DNA from: Nitrospiraceae bacterium | Lineage (GTDB): Bacteria > Nitrospirota > Nitrospiria > Nitrospirales > Nitrospiraceae | Direction: 5' to 3' | Assembly: GCA_050246315.1 (NCBI GenBank) | Contig: JBFWWG010000006.1 | Coordinates: 155,002 to 219,001 of the forward strand | DNA: 64,000 nucleotides | Shown here: positions 37,582-47,748 of the stretch, piece by piece | How the letters are laid out: each line of letters starts with the position of its first letter | Position numbering within the stretch: the stretch's first letter is position 1 | Notes under the pieces: generated by a model | What the model was told of the DNA's origin: nothing | Database searches by the model: none | What the model saw: only the letters and a program-made list of their open reading frames with translations | Position numbers and translations under genes: made by a program

Positions 37582-38328
37582 ATGTTTGAGCACGTTCTCT
37601 CTTTGTCAGACGCACTAAAAACCTATTACCCCGACGATGAACTATCGCGAATGGCAGCCTACTATGGGATCGAGCTTCCAACTGATTGGCACGGCATTGA
37701 TCATTCTGGACTTGCCGAGATGCTCCTTACAAAGATGGATACGGGTAGAAACAGAGAGTTTCTGGATGTGATCGCCGCTAGTCTAGAGAATCGGATTGAC
37801 AGAGCCATCGCGAATACCGATTGGGAGCGGAGAGATTTTCATCAGAGCATGTGGCCGCGTATCAAACCCCTTCTTGAGATCTTAGAAGAAGGCGCTGCAC
37901 GAACAGAGGTCACCGTAAAACCGAGCAACCCGTTTACGGCCAAATCAGAAGTCCGCAATCTAGTAGCCATAGCCACGACGCCGATTACTGTGGTCGATAA
38001 CTATGTGGGGTTAGGGACTTTAGATTGTTTGCACGAGGTGCCACAACCCATCCGGCTTTTAACAGGCGCCCATGATGCGGCAATAGAGAAGGATTTTGAA
38101 CGACATCTGAGGGAATTCGCTGCAGAAGGGCGTACCATCGAAGTGAAGCGACATGGGAAGTTACATGATCGCTACGTCATTCTGAATGAGCGTTGCTGGA
38201 TCATCGGGTCTTCTCTCAAGGATGCAGGGAAAAAGACGTTCACTATGATAGAGCTAACTGACACGCATGATATCGTAATGCGAGATGTTGAGGACAAGTG
38301 GAAGGAAGCCACTCGGTTTTCTCCTTAG
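37582..38328 (+). CDS. Hypothetical protein with a C-terminal phospholipase-D-like (HDR) domain
   Basis: VVDNY, IRLLT, LHDRYVIL...WIIGSSLKDAGKK; AGGAG Shine-Dalgarno; AT-richer than the flanks. Confidence 0.7.
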   Translation: MFEHVLSLSDALKTYYPDDELSRMAAYYGIELPTDWHGIDHSGLAEMLLTKMDTGRNREFLDVIAASLENRIDRAIANTDWERRDFHQSMWPRIKPLLEILEEGAARTEVTVKPSNPFTAKSEVRNLVAIATTPITVVDNYVGLGTLDCLHEVPQPIRLLTGAHDAAIEKDFERHLREFAAEGRTIEVKRHGKLHDRYVILNERCWIIGSSLKDAGKKTFTMIELTDTHDIVMRDVEDKWKEATRFSP

Positions 38329-38499
38329 TTCGCAGCAGGTTCTGAGAAGCTGCACAGGAGGGCTTCGGAATTGCCCAGTAGTGTGTAAAGATATGACTGC
38401 AATGGCGCAGAAAGAAGGCCTGGATGGCGGTTGCGAGCCTAGCAGCCTCAAGGCGTCTTAGTAGGATGAGTGCCGAGTAAAATAAAGGCGGAACGAGTA

Positions 38500-39420
38500 T
38501 TACTGTTGCACCATAACAGCTTGCTGCTTCACCAGTGCAAGCCCGTCATGGTTCTCAATCATCTTGTATGAGGGTGTATTCATGAGACTATGCATATAGC
38601 AGTGATGAACAGTAAGTACTAGGTCCTGCAACTTCTGGTCAGCTTCGATCATATCAACCGCCAACCCCATTGCAATACATTCATCTGCATGAATATGCCG
38701 ATCGTGCGCTTTATTACCCTTGTAATCTGTCAGCTTCTTCACAATCTGCTTGGCCTTCTTTTTTGCATAAGGATCACTGCTGAACATAACTGTTTCGAGT
38801 TGGCGTTGGACAAATTGATTGGACCAAGCAATAGCATTCTCGCACTGGCTAAGAAAGGTCGGCCGGTATTGACCAATAATCGGCTGCCAGATACTAATTT
38901 TGGACGGGTCTTTCTTGATTTCCTTCCATGCCCGCCGGAACTCCATGATTACACCGTAAGCTGGAATCCCACGAAGATGGGGATCAATCGGTCCTAGGTT
39001 CGAATGCTTGCTCATCAAGATTCGTTTACAGGAACAGGCCAGCATCGTCCCAGCAGACATAGCAATCTGAGGTACTATGGCGCGAATATCGTCGTTAAAC
39101 ATCTTGTGCAAGTAATCCGTGATGGATTGAACAGCGGCGATGCTTCCACCCGGGGTATGGAGAATTAGATCGAGGCCCTTGCTGCGGTCTAATTTGTGAA
39201 CGGCCATCATGAAACCGTTCTTATCCTCATCATTGATTTCGGACGGGATATCCGGTTTAGAGAGATACCCGGAATAGTAGGCAATAACGTTGCGTTCGGT
39301 GTGTTCGTGGAGAGAGTGGAGGTATTTTCGGCGGATATAATCTACTGCGCGCTTGGAATGATCTGCAGCGGAGGCTTTGTATTCTTGAAGTTCTTGGAGG
39401 ACCTCACCCCAATTTGGCAT
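38500..39420 (-). CDS. ClpP-class serine protease (SDH_sah family)
   Basis: GLDLILHTPGGS, AMSAGTMLA, SNLGPIDP, HDRHI. Confidence 0.88.
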   Translation of the reverse strand: MPNWGEVLQELQEYKASAADHSKRAVDYIRRKYLHSLHEHTERNVIAYYSGYLSKPDIPSEINDEDKNGFMMAVHKLDRSKGLDLILHTPGGSIAAVQSITDYLHKMFNDDIRAIVPQIAMSAGTMLACSCKRILMSKHSNLGPIDPHLRGIPAYGVIMEFRRAWKEIKKDPSKISIWQPIIGQYRPTFLSQCENAIAWSNQFVQRQLETVMFSSDPYAKKKAKQIVKKLTDYKGNKAHDRHIHADECIAMGLAVDMIEADQKLQDLVLTVHHCYMHSLMNTPSYKMIENHDGLALVKQQAVMVQQ

Positions 39421-39425
39421 ATGCC

Positions 39426-39605
39426 CTAAATGGGCTCCTCGTAGGCACTGTAGGTCGTAACAGTCTGCACGATACGATATGGAGTCGGTTGCTCAAGAGA
39501 CTGATCTTCAGGCCGAAGAAATGTAGGGCCCACTCTTTTCGCAATGGTTTCATACTGCCGTTCTAGGTTGGGCAGTTCGATCTGTTTGGTTTTTTTCGCT
39601 TTCAT
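39426..39605 (-). CDS. 59-aa hypothetical protein (absent from the ORF track)
   Basis: GGAGGAGG 7 nt before ATG; MKAKKTKQIELPNLERQYETIAKRVGPTFLRPEDQSLEQPTPYRIVQTVTTYSAYEEPI; stop is 5 nt before the protease start. Confidence 0.7.
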   Translation of the reverse strand: MKAKKTKQIELPNLERQYETIAKRVGPTFLRPEDQSLEQPTPYRIVQTVTTYSAYEEPI

Positions 39606-39828
39606 GAGGAAACCTCCTCCCCCTGTCGCGTCCCCTTATACCCATACTATGGAGAATGAAGCAAGTTTATTTCGCGTAAGTTCCTAATCTACCGCGGTAA
39701 ATGCACACATTTTACGACCAAGTAGGATGGTAGTCACCTCAGCGGATCCCTGGGTATTTTCATGGTTAATTTCGGCCCAAGACGCCGGCAAAGGAACCAA
39801 TCTACAGAAAGTGAGGGGCGCCTTTGTC

Positions 39829-41049
39829 TTACAGCGGCGCAATACGCCACAGGGCGCCGTTTAACGTCATGATGTAGAGCTCGCCCTGCGCGTCTTCGCC
39901 AAAGCTGGTGATCGAGGGTCCCGGGCTCAGGGTTGACCATTCGATTTGATCCGTCACCTGCGCGTTCCGGTACCGGAAGCTCCGGACGAAGCCTGTGCAG
40001 AGGTCCGCATAGAAATACGTGCCATTGAGCGCCGGGATCGCCGTGCCACGATAGACATAGCCGCCGATGATCGAACAGGCGCCTCCGGATTGGTCATAGT
40101 CGAGCACCGGCAAGGCGAGTCCACCGGGATTGCAATTGCTCGCGGGATTGAAGCACAAGAATCCCTCCATCAAGCGCCAGCCGTAATTGGCCTGCCGGCC
40201 TGCCTGTGGAGCCAACGAAACATTGACTTCCTCTCGGCTATTTTGCCCGACATCACCGATGTAGAGATCGCCGGTCTGCCGATCGAATGAGAAGCGCCAG
40301 GGATTCCGCAGCCCGACGCTCCAGACCTCCGGTGCGCCTCCTGCGATTGCAAAGGGATTCGCGATGCCATTCGTACAGGCGTTGCCGGTGCTTGGGTCCA
40401 ATCGAAGGATCTTGCCCAAGAGCGAGGCCGTGTTCTGTGCATTATTGTTGGGGTCGCCGCCTCCACCCCCATCGCCCGGTCCGGCGTAAAGACAACCATC
40501 CGGTCCGAAGGCCAGCATGCCCCCGTTATGGTTGGAGAACGTGGGATGCGCGATTCTGCGCAAGATCACAGACGAGGACGGGTCCGCCACATTGGCAGTC
40601 GCGCTGCTGGCCAGGTACCGGGCGATCACGAGATCGCCGTTTGCATCCGTGTAGTAGACATAGAAGCGTCCATTGCTTTGATAGCCGGGATCAAACGCCA
40701 TTCCCAGCAGGCCGCGTTCACCACCGCTCGAAATCGAATCGGAAAGATTAAGAAACGGCGTGGAGAGCAGCGCGCCGGTTGCGACATCGAACACCTTGAT
40801 CGCGCCGCCCTGCTCCACAATAAACAGGCGGGTCGTATCTGATGCAGGCGCTGTCAGAAACACAGGCGCACTGAGTCTCATGGTGATGGGTTGCAGTGTC
40901 ACTGCGGTCGAAGGGGGCTGGAGCGGCGAAGGCAAAGGATTGCTTCCTACCGTGCCGGAGTCGCTTCCCCCATTGCACGCTGAGAGAGCTAGCAGAAGGG
41001 AAGGAGCCACACAGGCATACAGGATGCGCCTGAACAGCGGTCCTGCCAT
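39829..41049 (-). CDS. PQQ-dependent glucose/sorbosone dehydrogenase family lipoprotein
   Basis: Lipobox LSAC; GERGLLG, NHNGG..AFGPDG, GLRNPWR, DVGQ. Confidence 0.9.
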   Translation of the reverse strand: MAGPLFRRILYACVAPSLLLALSACNGGSDSGTVGSNPLPSPLQPPSTAVTLQPITMRLSAPVFLTAPASDTTRLFIVEQGGAIKVFDVATGALLSTPFLNLSDSISSGGERGLLGMAFDPGYQSNGRFYVYYTDANGDLVIARYLASSATANVADPSSSVILRRIAHPTFSNHNGGMLAFGPDGCLYAGPGDGGGGGDPNNNAQNTASLLGKILRLDPSTGNACTNGIANPFAIAGGAPEVWSVGLRNPWRFSFDRQTGDLYIGDVGQNSREEVNVSLAPQAGRQANYGWRLMEGFLCFNPASNCNPGGLALPVLDYDQSGGACSIIGGYVYRGTAIPALNGTYFYADLCTGFVRSFRYRNAQVTDQIEWSTLSPGPSITSFGEDAQGELYIMTLNGALWRIAPL

Positions 41050-41488
41050 GCGGGCTCGAACAACGTGTTCCTCGCAATCGAAGGTTCTCATGCCGCGATG
41101 ATATGAAGTCCTCACAGTCCTCCGCAACCAACCTGCCTTCGTCTCCTGCCTCGGTCGTGAAGACCATTCGTTGCTCCGCCGGTCAACCGCACTAATCAGT
41201 CGAACCATGCGGAGATGACAGAAAGGGCGGGCCAGCGCTGGTCCAGAACCCATCACGCTACCAGTTTATCGGCTGAGGAGCCCCCGAACATCTTCATCAT
41301 TCAAACCATCCTGGCGCCTTCCATTTGTGCGAATTCTTTGGCAAGGCCCATTCGGCAGGCTACACTGACCGCTGAAAGGTCCAGACCGGCCAATCCGGTC
41401 TACCCGGTCAAGCCGGTTCATGCAGCCGGTTCGTCATGCGGTGCGCTATCGGGTTGGCCGGTGCTGCCCACCCTGGAACAGCTTCAGC

Positions 41489-42382
41489 ATGCTGAAGATC
41501 CTCCTGGTCGAAGACAACCTTGTTGATGCGCAACTCGCCCAGGACATTCTTTCAGACTGGAACACGGATCAGTTCCACGTCACCCATGTCTCCGACCTGA
41601 CTCACGCGCTCACGATCTTAAGCCGTGATCGGTTCGACGCGGTGCTGCTGGACCTGTCCCTTCCGGACGGCCATGGCCTTCACACCTTGACCATGGTTCA
41701 GGAAACGAGCCCCGGCATTCCGATCGTCGTGCTGAGTGGGTTTGCCGACCAGTCGGCAGCGCTCCAGGCCGTTCAACAAGGCGCTCAGGACTACCTCGTG
41801 AAGGGTCAGATTCAGGGCGATTTGATTGCGCGGTCGATTCGCTATTCCATCGAACGCAAGCGGACAGAGGAGCGGCTCACTTACTTGGCCCAGTACGATC
41901 ACCTGACGGGATTGGTGAACCGCGCCCTCTTCCAAGACCGGCTCGTTCAGGCCATCGCCCGCTCTCGGCGCACACAACAGGGCTTCGCTCTCATGCTCTT
42001 GGATCTGGACGGGTTCAAGGCCGTGAATGACTCACTGGGACACGACGCCGGCGATCGAGTCCTCAGGATCGTGGCGGACCGGCTGAAGAACTGCGTCCGT
42101 GAGGTCGATACGGTCGCGCGCATGGGTGGGGACGAATTTACGATCATTCTCGAAGGGACGGCGACGGAGCAGGGCGCCGAGACCGTCGGCGCACGGATCA
42201 TACAGTCGGTCCGACAACCCTGCGCCCTGTCGGGCCGGCAAGCAACGGTGGGGGTCAGCATCGGGATCACCCTGTTTCCTCAGGACGACCAGAGCGCAAA
42301 CGGACTGCTAAAACAGGCCGACTCGGCCATGTATCTCGCCAAGCAACAGGGCGGAGCCCGCTCCGCCTTCTTCCGGAGTTAG
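41489..42382 (+). CDS. Response regulator-diguanylate cyclase (REC-GGDEF)
   Basis: ILLVEDN, LLDLSLPD, GAQDYLVK; REVD..ARMGGDEF with an RxxD I-site. Confidence 0.93.
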   Translation: MLKILLVEDNLVDAQLAQDILSDWNTDQFHVTHVSDLTHALTILSRDRFDAVLLDLSLPDGHGLHTLTMVQETSPGIPIVVLSGFADQSAALQAVQQGAQDYLVKGQIQGDLIARSIRYSIERKRTEERLTYLAQYDHLTGLVNRALFQDRLVQAIARSRRTQQGFALMLLDLDGFKAVNDSLGHDAGDRVLRIVADRLKNCVREVDTVARMGGDEFTIILEGTATEQGAETVGARIIQSVRQPCALSGRQATVGVSIGITLFPQDDQSANGLLKQADSAMYLAKQQGGARSAFFRS

Positions 42383-42530
42383 CCAATGTTGCCGATCTCA
42401 CCCTCGTTTTGGCAGTTGATTCCTGTAGCAGACAACACCGTTGGTCTGGCCCCCGGCCTGTTGCACGCTTCGCACACACCAGGTAGAGTGCGCCCCGGTC
42501 ACAGCGCTCCGCACCAGGACTTAGCAGACG

Positions 42531-43637
42531 ATGAGCGATCAACCAGTTCCATCGGTTTCGATGGACAGCCCCAAACCCAAACGCCAGCGGCGACGATCCC
42601 GCAAGGCCGGCCTGCCGCCCGGCACGCTGGTGCACATCGGCGAGCCCAAAGCCGGACCCGTCACGCTCCAGTTCATGTTGTTCAATGCAGATGGCTATGT
42701 GGAGCCCACGTTGGCCAATCTCGACGAGCTTCCTGCGCTACTGAACGACAACCAGATTTGTTGGGTGAATGTGAGCGGCATCCACGACCTGGCCCTGATC
42801 GAAAAACTGGGGGCCCTGTTTCAATTACACCCCCTGGTGCAGGAAGACATCGTGAATACGGAACAGCGTCCCAAGGGCGAGGATTATGGAACCTACGGCT
42901 TCATCGTCGTGAAGAATCTCAACTATACCGTTTCGGATCGCCATCTGCTGACGGAGCAGATCAGTTTCGTGTTCGGGCAGGGCTTCGTCCTGACCTTTCA
43001 GGAGAACGGGAACGACCCCTTCGTCGCCGTGCGGGAACGGCTGCGAACCGGGCGGGGGCGCATGAGAACGCAACGCGCCGACTATCTGGTGTACGCGCTG
43101 TTGGACGCCATCGTGGACAATTACTTCGGGGTACTGGAAGGTGTCGGAGAGGTGACCGAACGGGTGGAGGAACAGCTCCTGAGCGATCCAAAACCGGAGA
43201 TTCTCAAAGAGCTTTACAGCCTGCGGCGCTGCGTGCTCTTCGTGCGTCGCGCAGTATGGCCGCTTCGCGAAGTGATCGGCACGCTCCAGCGCGGACAATC
43301 ACAGATGGTCACCGAGTTTACACGCACCTATCTCGTTGACCTCTACGACCATACGATCCAACTCATCGATGCGATCGAAACGTACCGCGACATCATCGCG
43401 GGCATGTTGGAACTCTATCTGTCGAGCGCGAGCAACCGCATGACCGCGGTGATGAAGGTGCTCACCGTCATCACGACGATTTTCATGCCGTTGAGCTTTA
43501 TTGCCGGCATCTACGGCATGAACTTCGACTACATGCCCGAGCTGAAATCCCCGCTGGGCTATCCCATCACGCTGGTGGTCATGGTCCTCGTCGCCGGCGG
43601 CATGCTCTGGTATTTCCACCGCAAGCAGTGGCTGTAG
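42531..43637 (+). CDS. corA: Magnesium/cobalt transporter CorA
   Basis: GLPPGTL, QRPK, C-terminal YGMNFDYMPEL. Confidence 0.95.
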   Translation: MSDQPVPSVSMDSPKPKRQRRRSRKAGLPPGTLVHIGEPKAGPVTLQFMLFNADGYVEPTLANLDELPALLNDNQICWVNVSGIHDLALIEKLGALFQLHPLVQEDIVNTEQRPKGEDYGTYGFIVVKNLNYTVSDRHLLTEQISFVFGQGFVLTFQENGNDPFVAVRERLRTGRGRMRTQRADYLVYALLDAIVDNYFGVLEGVGEVTERVEEQLLSDPKPEILKELYSLRRCVLFVRRAVWPLREVIGTLQRGQSQMVTEFTRTYLVDLYDHTIQLIDAIETYRDIIAGMLELYLSSASNRMTAVMKVLTVITTIFMPLSFIAGIYGMNFDYMPELKSPLGYPITLVVMVLVAGGMLWYFHRKQWL

Positions 43638-43981
43638 CCGGATGCTGAAAGCGTCCGCCGCTTGGTTGGGGCTCTCATTGCGGTCCTTTCTTGATGCAAT
43701 GGGTCTGACGCGAAGAGGCTCAACTCTGAAAGGTTTTCCCCAGCGGCGTCAATAGGGAGGGCTTCACCCGATGAGCCGCGGGTTCACACGAAGTGCCGTA
43801 TGTACGCCTCGCCTCTTCGCTCGCTGCGGCCGCGGCCGTGGAGAGGCGCGTCTCGGCGCGCCGGGGTTGGGCGGGTGAGAAAGACGACCGTTTTGAGCAT
43901 CCTGCATGTCGATCCATCGGCATCTGAATCTTCGATGTCCTTGACGATTCCAATGGGCGAAAATAGTTGTTCCGCCTCTCG
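43638..43981 (-). mobile_element. Longer MITE-like element in reverse orientation, abutting the corA stop
   Basis: Reverse complement of 43905-43981 aligns with the head of 54296-54373; CAGGATGCTCAAAA at 43904; flanked by GTAG and CTAG. Confidence 0.7.
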
Positions 43982-44012
43982 CTAGAAGTCATTTCAAAAC
44001 CTCATGGCCGTG

Positions 44013-44087
44013 CTTCGACACGCTCAGCACGAACGGAGGAATATCCTGTTTTTATGGACAGATCCATTCGACCTGAGCCGGTCGAAG
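44013..44087. repeat. REP-like palindromic repeat (second family)
   Basis: CTTCGACACGCTCAG...CTGAGCCGGTCGAAG inverted repeat; related sequence at 63421-63545. Confidence 0.65.
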
Positions 44088-44180
44088 CATGCGGTGAGTG
44101 GATCGAACCGGGTCACCGGAGGGTTTTGTATGACCTCTACGCTCATCAGGCTGAACAACCCGATTTCGGGCGGGCTTTGG

Positions 44181-44996
44181 CTACCGGCCGATGTCGGCGA
44201 GCGGGGTCTCGGTCACCTGCAGGGCGCCGCGAGGGTTGGACAAGAGATCGTTGGAATTCTGCAGTTCGCCGCAAACAGGGGTGGTGCGGCAGTCCGGCGT
44301 CATCACCACACCCCAATGGTGGTTGTCTCGACAGACATTGTCGAGCAGGAGCGCCTGGGCCTCACAGAACAGCAGGATGCCGCTCAGATAGTTTTCTCGG
44401 CAGAGGTTGCGCACGAACTCGGGATGTGTGCCGGGATCCCGGACGGCCAAACCAAAATGATGATTCCCGACACAAAGATTGTCCGCAATCCGAGGGCAGG
44501 CTCCGCCGAACACAAAGATTCCCGACTCACGATTATCGCGGACTTCGTTGTCGGTAAACGTCACCCGACATTCCGGACCGTAAAGCACGACGCCTGAGAG
44601 GATGCCGTCGGCCGCCCGACAGTGCGAGATCGTGCAAGCGGCATCGAAGATGTTTACGGCCGAATGTTGGTCGCTGCCGACATACCGGAACGTGATCCCG
44701 CTGATTCGTCCCGACGGCACACGCTGTAGATAGATCGGTCCACCGCGACGGTTGAAGACCTGCACGGCATCCCGCCCTGCACCGATCAGCGTCACGGGAC
44801 GATCCGCGATGAAAATCTTATCTTCGTAGATCCCGGGCCGGACGAACACAAGGTCGTCTCGACCCGCCTGGACTAACGCCTCGCTGGGGCGAGCAAAGGC
44901 CTTGGAATCGGCGTTGTCCACAATCAGTGTGCGCCCACCAGCCGGGTTTGGCGGCGGCTGTTCAAACAGAAGTGGGGCCCCGGTTGAGACGGTCAT
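44181..44996 (-). CDS. Right-handed parallel beta-helix repeat protein
   Basis: VRPGIYE, LIGAG, repeated N...N...GI units. Confidence 0.85.
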   Translation of the reverse strand: MTVSTGAPLLFEQPPPNPAGGRTLIVDNADSKAFARPSEALVQAGRDDLVFVRPGIYEDKIFIADRPVTLIGAGRDAVQVFNRRGGPIYLQRVPSGRISGITFRYVGSDQHSAVNIFDAACTISHCRAADGILSGVVLYGPECRVTFTDNEVRDNRESGIFVFGGACPRIADNLCVGNHHFGLAVRDPGTHPEFVRNLCRENYLSGILLFCEAQALLLDNVCRDNHHWGVVMTPDCRTTPVCGELQNSNDLLSNPRGALQVTETPLADIGR

Positions 44997-45376
44997 GATC
45001 GGCGGTCGATACGGTCGAACCGGTCAAAACGAACCGGGTCTTGCAGCGATCGATCCTGGAACAGCGATTGGCGAGAAGTCAAGTTTCGACGCTGCCGGAG
45101 GCCGTCGATACCCGTCCATGATTGGATTGGCCATGCTGGCCGGATACAAGGGGTGTTCCTGAGCGAACCTTTTGGTGAGCGTCCATCCAATCGAGCGCAA
45201 TCACGCGCGAGGTGACCTTTCTATCTCCTGGATGAAGCTCGCGGGATTGCAGGTCGAATGGCCTGAGGGACAATTCTCGGCACAGCCGGCCACATGGATC
45301 CTCATGGCATAGCAGTTGCGTGATCTCTTGACCCAGTCCTGTTTCGAAAAGGACGGTAGAAAGTGAGGGACGCACG

Positions 45377-45934
45377 ATGACGCTGTTGATTCCGCGCCTG
45401 CTCCTGGCCGTGATGGTGCTCAGTCTCTCGGCCGAGCATCGGGATGTCATGGCGGCTCCTTCAAATGATCCTGGCGTTGAACGAGAGCCCGCACCACCGC
45501 TCGAGCAGGTTGCCGCCCGCCAATCCAAGTCGGAATCCGCGAGGCGCTTGTACGACCGCATCATGCAGGAATATCGGCAGCGGGATTATCGAGCGGCACT
45601 CGCGGGCTTCGAGTTTTTCCTCGCCATTCACGGCAAGTCCTCCCTCGCCCCAAGTGCACGCTACTGGATGGGAGAGTGTCAGTATCGGCTGGGGCGATAC
45701 GAAGCGGCGATGAACACCTTTTCCGAGCTGGTCTCGTACTATCCAGTGAGTCCAAAGATCACGGCCACCACGCTGAAGATCGGGCTGACATATGGCAAGC
45801 TTGGACAGCAGGAAGAAGCCCGCATCACGCTTGAACGCGTGATCTCCGAATGGCCCGATACGGTCGAAGCCGACGTGGCTCGGAAGGAGTTAGCGAAATA
45901 TTCGCCCACCGGTGACCGTGATGTGGAGCCGTAA
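45377..45934 (+). CDS. YbgF/CpoB-like TPR periplasmic protein
   Basis: Signal peptide; SLAPSARYWMGECQY, LKIGLTY..LG. Confidence 0.8.
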   Translation: MTLLIPRLLLAVMVLSLSAEHRDVMAAPSNDPGVEREPAPPLEQVAARQSKSESARRLYDRIMQEYRQRDYRAALAGFEFFLAIHGKSSLAPSARYWMGECQYRLGRYEAAMNTFSELVSYYPVSPKITATTLKIGLTYGKLGQQEEARITLERVISEWPDTVEADVARKELAKYSPTGDRDVEP

Positions 45935-45975
45935 CCGCCTCCCTACGGCGCATCGGCCTGCGCGTTCCATCTGAC

Positions 45976-46494
45976 CTACTCCCCTGCATCAAGCCCCAAG
46001 CTGGCCGCCACACGGGGAACCGAGAGTACGTCCTGAGGAGAGAGTCGAACATGCTCGATCCTGGTTGCGGCGTAGACCTGCGAGATCAACCGATCGCGCC
46101 GACGCTGGTCGGCCGTACGACCTTGCTGGCTCCCGATGTCGATCGCCTTGTAGATCTCTCCCGTTCCCGGGTGCAGAAGGACGAAGCCCACACGTTTCAA
46201 CGCCAGCCGTCCCATCAAGACGGCACGCTCGCGTCGATTGCCGCTACGCATGGAGATCAGCACCCACAGCGGGACTTGGCTCAGGACAAGATAGCGATCC
46301 TGGACCGCCAGGCGAATCACGTTGTACCATTCGAGCTCTTCACGAGAGAGCACCGGCTGCGCCGTCAGGCCGACCCGATTGACCAGGGTTCCGTCGTCCA
46401 ACCGGCGTTCCCGCCACGGCCCCACCCCGCGCCAGAGCCAGAGACCCGCAAGCAGGCAGGAGACGCTCAGCACCATCCAGACGGCCTTTTCCAT
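45976..46494 (-). CDS. DUF2726-like protein
   Basis: N-terminal TM helix; VLS..E..Y..I, VLSQV, RRD.LI..V......I..VR pattern. Confidence 0.7.
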   Translation of the reverse strand: MEKAVWMVLSVSCLLAGLWLWRGVGPWRERRLDDGTLVNRVGLTAQPVLSREELEWYNVIRLAVQDRYLVLSQVPLWVLISMRSGNRRERAVLMGRLALKRVGFVLLHPGTGEIYKAIDIGSQQGRTADQRRRDRLISQVYAATRIEHVRLSPQDVLSVPRVAASLGLDAGE

Positions 46495-47690
46495 CAGCGT
46501 CCCGAAGACCCAAGTCCCTGAATCAGTCGCGATATCGATTCCGGCCCCCCGGGCACGATGTGGCCAAGCACCACCGCTCTCGCCGCCCCGGTCACCGATG
46601 GGACATTGTTGAACCGTCCATGGATGGTCTGATAGGCCAAGACGGCGAAGGCGATGGCCTCAAAGGCCTTGCTTGACCATCCGACCTCGTCAAACGTGCG
46701 TATGGGCGCCGGCGCCAGGACCTGCGCGAGGTGGCCCATCACCGCTCGATTGTGGACCCCGCCGCCGCCAACGATGACCTCATCGAGCTGTTTCGGCAGC
46801 CACTGGCGTGCCGCGCCGATACATTCAGCCGTGAATCGTGCGCAAGTGGCCATGACATCCCGATCGGCCAGTTGCCTTCGTCTCTGAATGGCCCGGATTC
46901 GTGCGACAAATTCAGCGCCGAATTCCTCACGACCGGTTGACTTCGGCGGACGACGCCGCAGATACGGATGGCGCATCAGGTCCTTCAGCAGCACAGCATC
47001 GATGCGGCCGGACCGTGCCATGGCCCCCTGACGATCCATGCTCACCCGGCCTCTGGTCATCTGGCTGATCAGACCATCCAGCGCCATGTTCGCGGGCCCT
47101 GTATCGAACGCCTGGACCTGATCCAAGCCGGCGCCCTGTCTCAGCACCGTGACGTTGCTGATGCCACCGAGGTTGACGACAAGCCTCGTCTTGTCGGGAG
47201 CTCGGAGCAGCATATGATGGACGTAGGGAGTCAACGGCGCCCCTTCCCCCCCGACTGCCATGTCACGGGCGCGGAAATTGGCGACGGTCGTCACGCCGGT
47301 GCGTTCGGCGATGACCGCCGCTTCAGCAATCTGGAGCGTCGCGCGCACGAGACCGATCCCCCGCTCCCGTCGACCAACCGGCAGATGGTGCACGGTTTGC
47401 CCGTGGGACCCAATCAGATCGACCTCGGCCGGTGTGAGATGCGCTTTCTTCATCACCTTTAGGGCGGCCCGCGCGAAGACCTCGCCGAGCAGGGCGTTCA
47501 AATAACAGATTTCATGGACGGAGCCTTCGAGCGCCGTCTTCAAGACGCGCCGTTGAAGATCCGGCGCCAAGGGCGTGACGGCAACAGCGAGCAGGCTGAC
47601 CTCAAGCGCGTCAGCGTGACCATCGATCTCCACCAGAGCGGCGTCGACTCCATCTCCGGACGTTCCCGACATCAGGCCCACCACGCGCAT
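46494..47690 (-). CDS. anmK: Anhydro-N-acetylmuramic acid kinase
   Basis: GLMSGTSGDGVD, GSHGQT, GGEGAPL, NLGGISN, FDTGPAN, PKSTGRE. Confidence 0.96.
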   Translation of the reverse strand: MRVVGLMSGTSGDGVDAALVEIDGHADALEVSLLAVAVTPLAPDLQRRVLKTALEGSVHEICYLNALLGEVFARAALKVMKKAHLTPAEVDLIGSHGQTVHHLPVGRRERGIGLVRATLQIAEAAVIAERTGVTTVANFRARDMAVGGEGAPLTPYVHHMLLRAPDKTRLVVNLGGISNVTVLRQGAGLDQVQAFDTGPANMALDGLISQMTRGRVSMDRQGAMARSGRIDAVLLKDLMRHPYLRRRPPKSTGREEFGAEFVARIRAIQRRRQLADRDVMATCARFTAECIGAARQWLPKQLDEVIVGGGGVHNRAVMGHLAQVLAPAPIRTFDEVGWSSKAFEAIAFAVLAYQTIHGRFNNVPSVTGAARAVVLGHIVPGGPESISRLIQGLGSSGR

Positions 47691-47712
47691 GCGCACTCCA
47701 GCCTCCTCCCCG

Positions 47713-47748
47713 TTGGACGAGATGACTCCCTTGGACGAGATGACTCCC
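47713..47748. repeat. Perfect 18-bp tandem duplication in the anmK leader
   Basis: TTGGACGAGATGACTCCC occurs twice. Confidence 0.9.
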
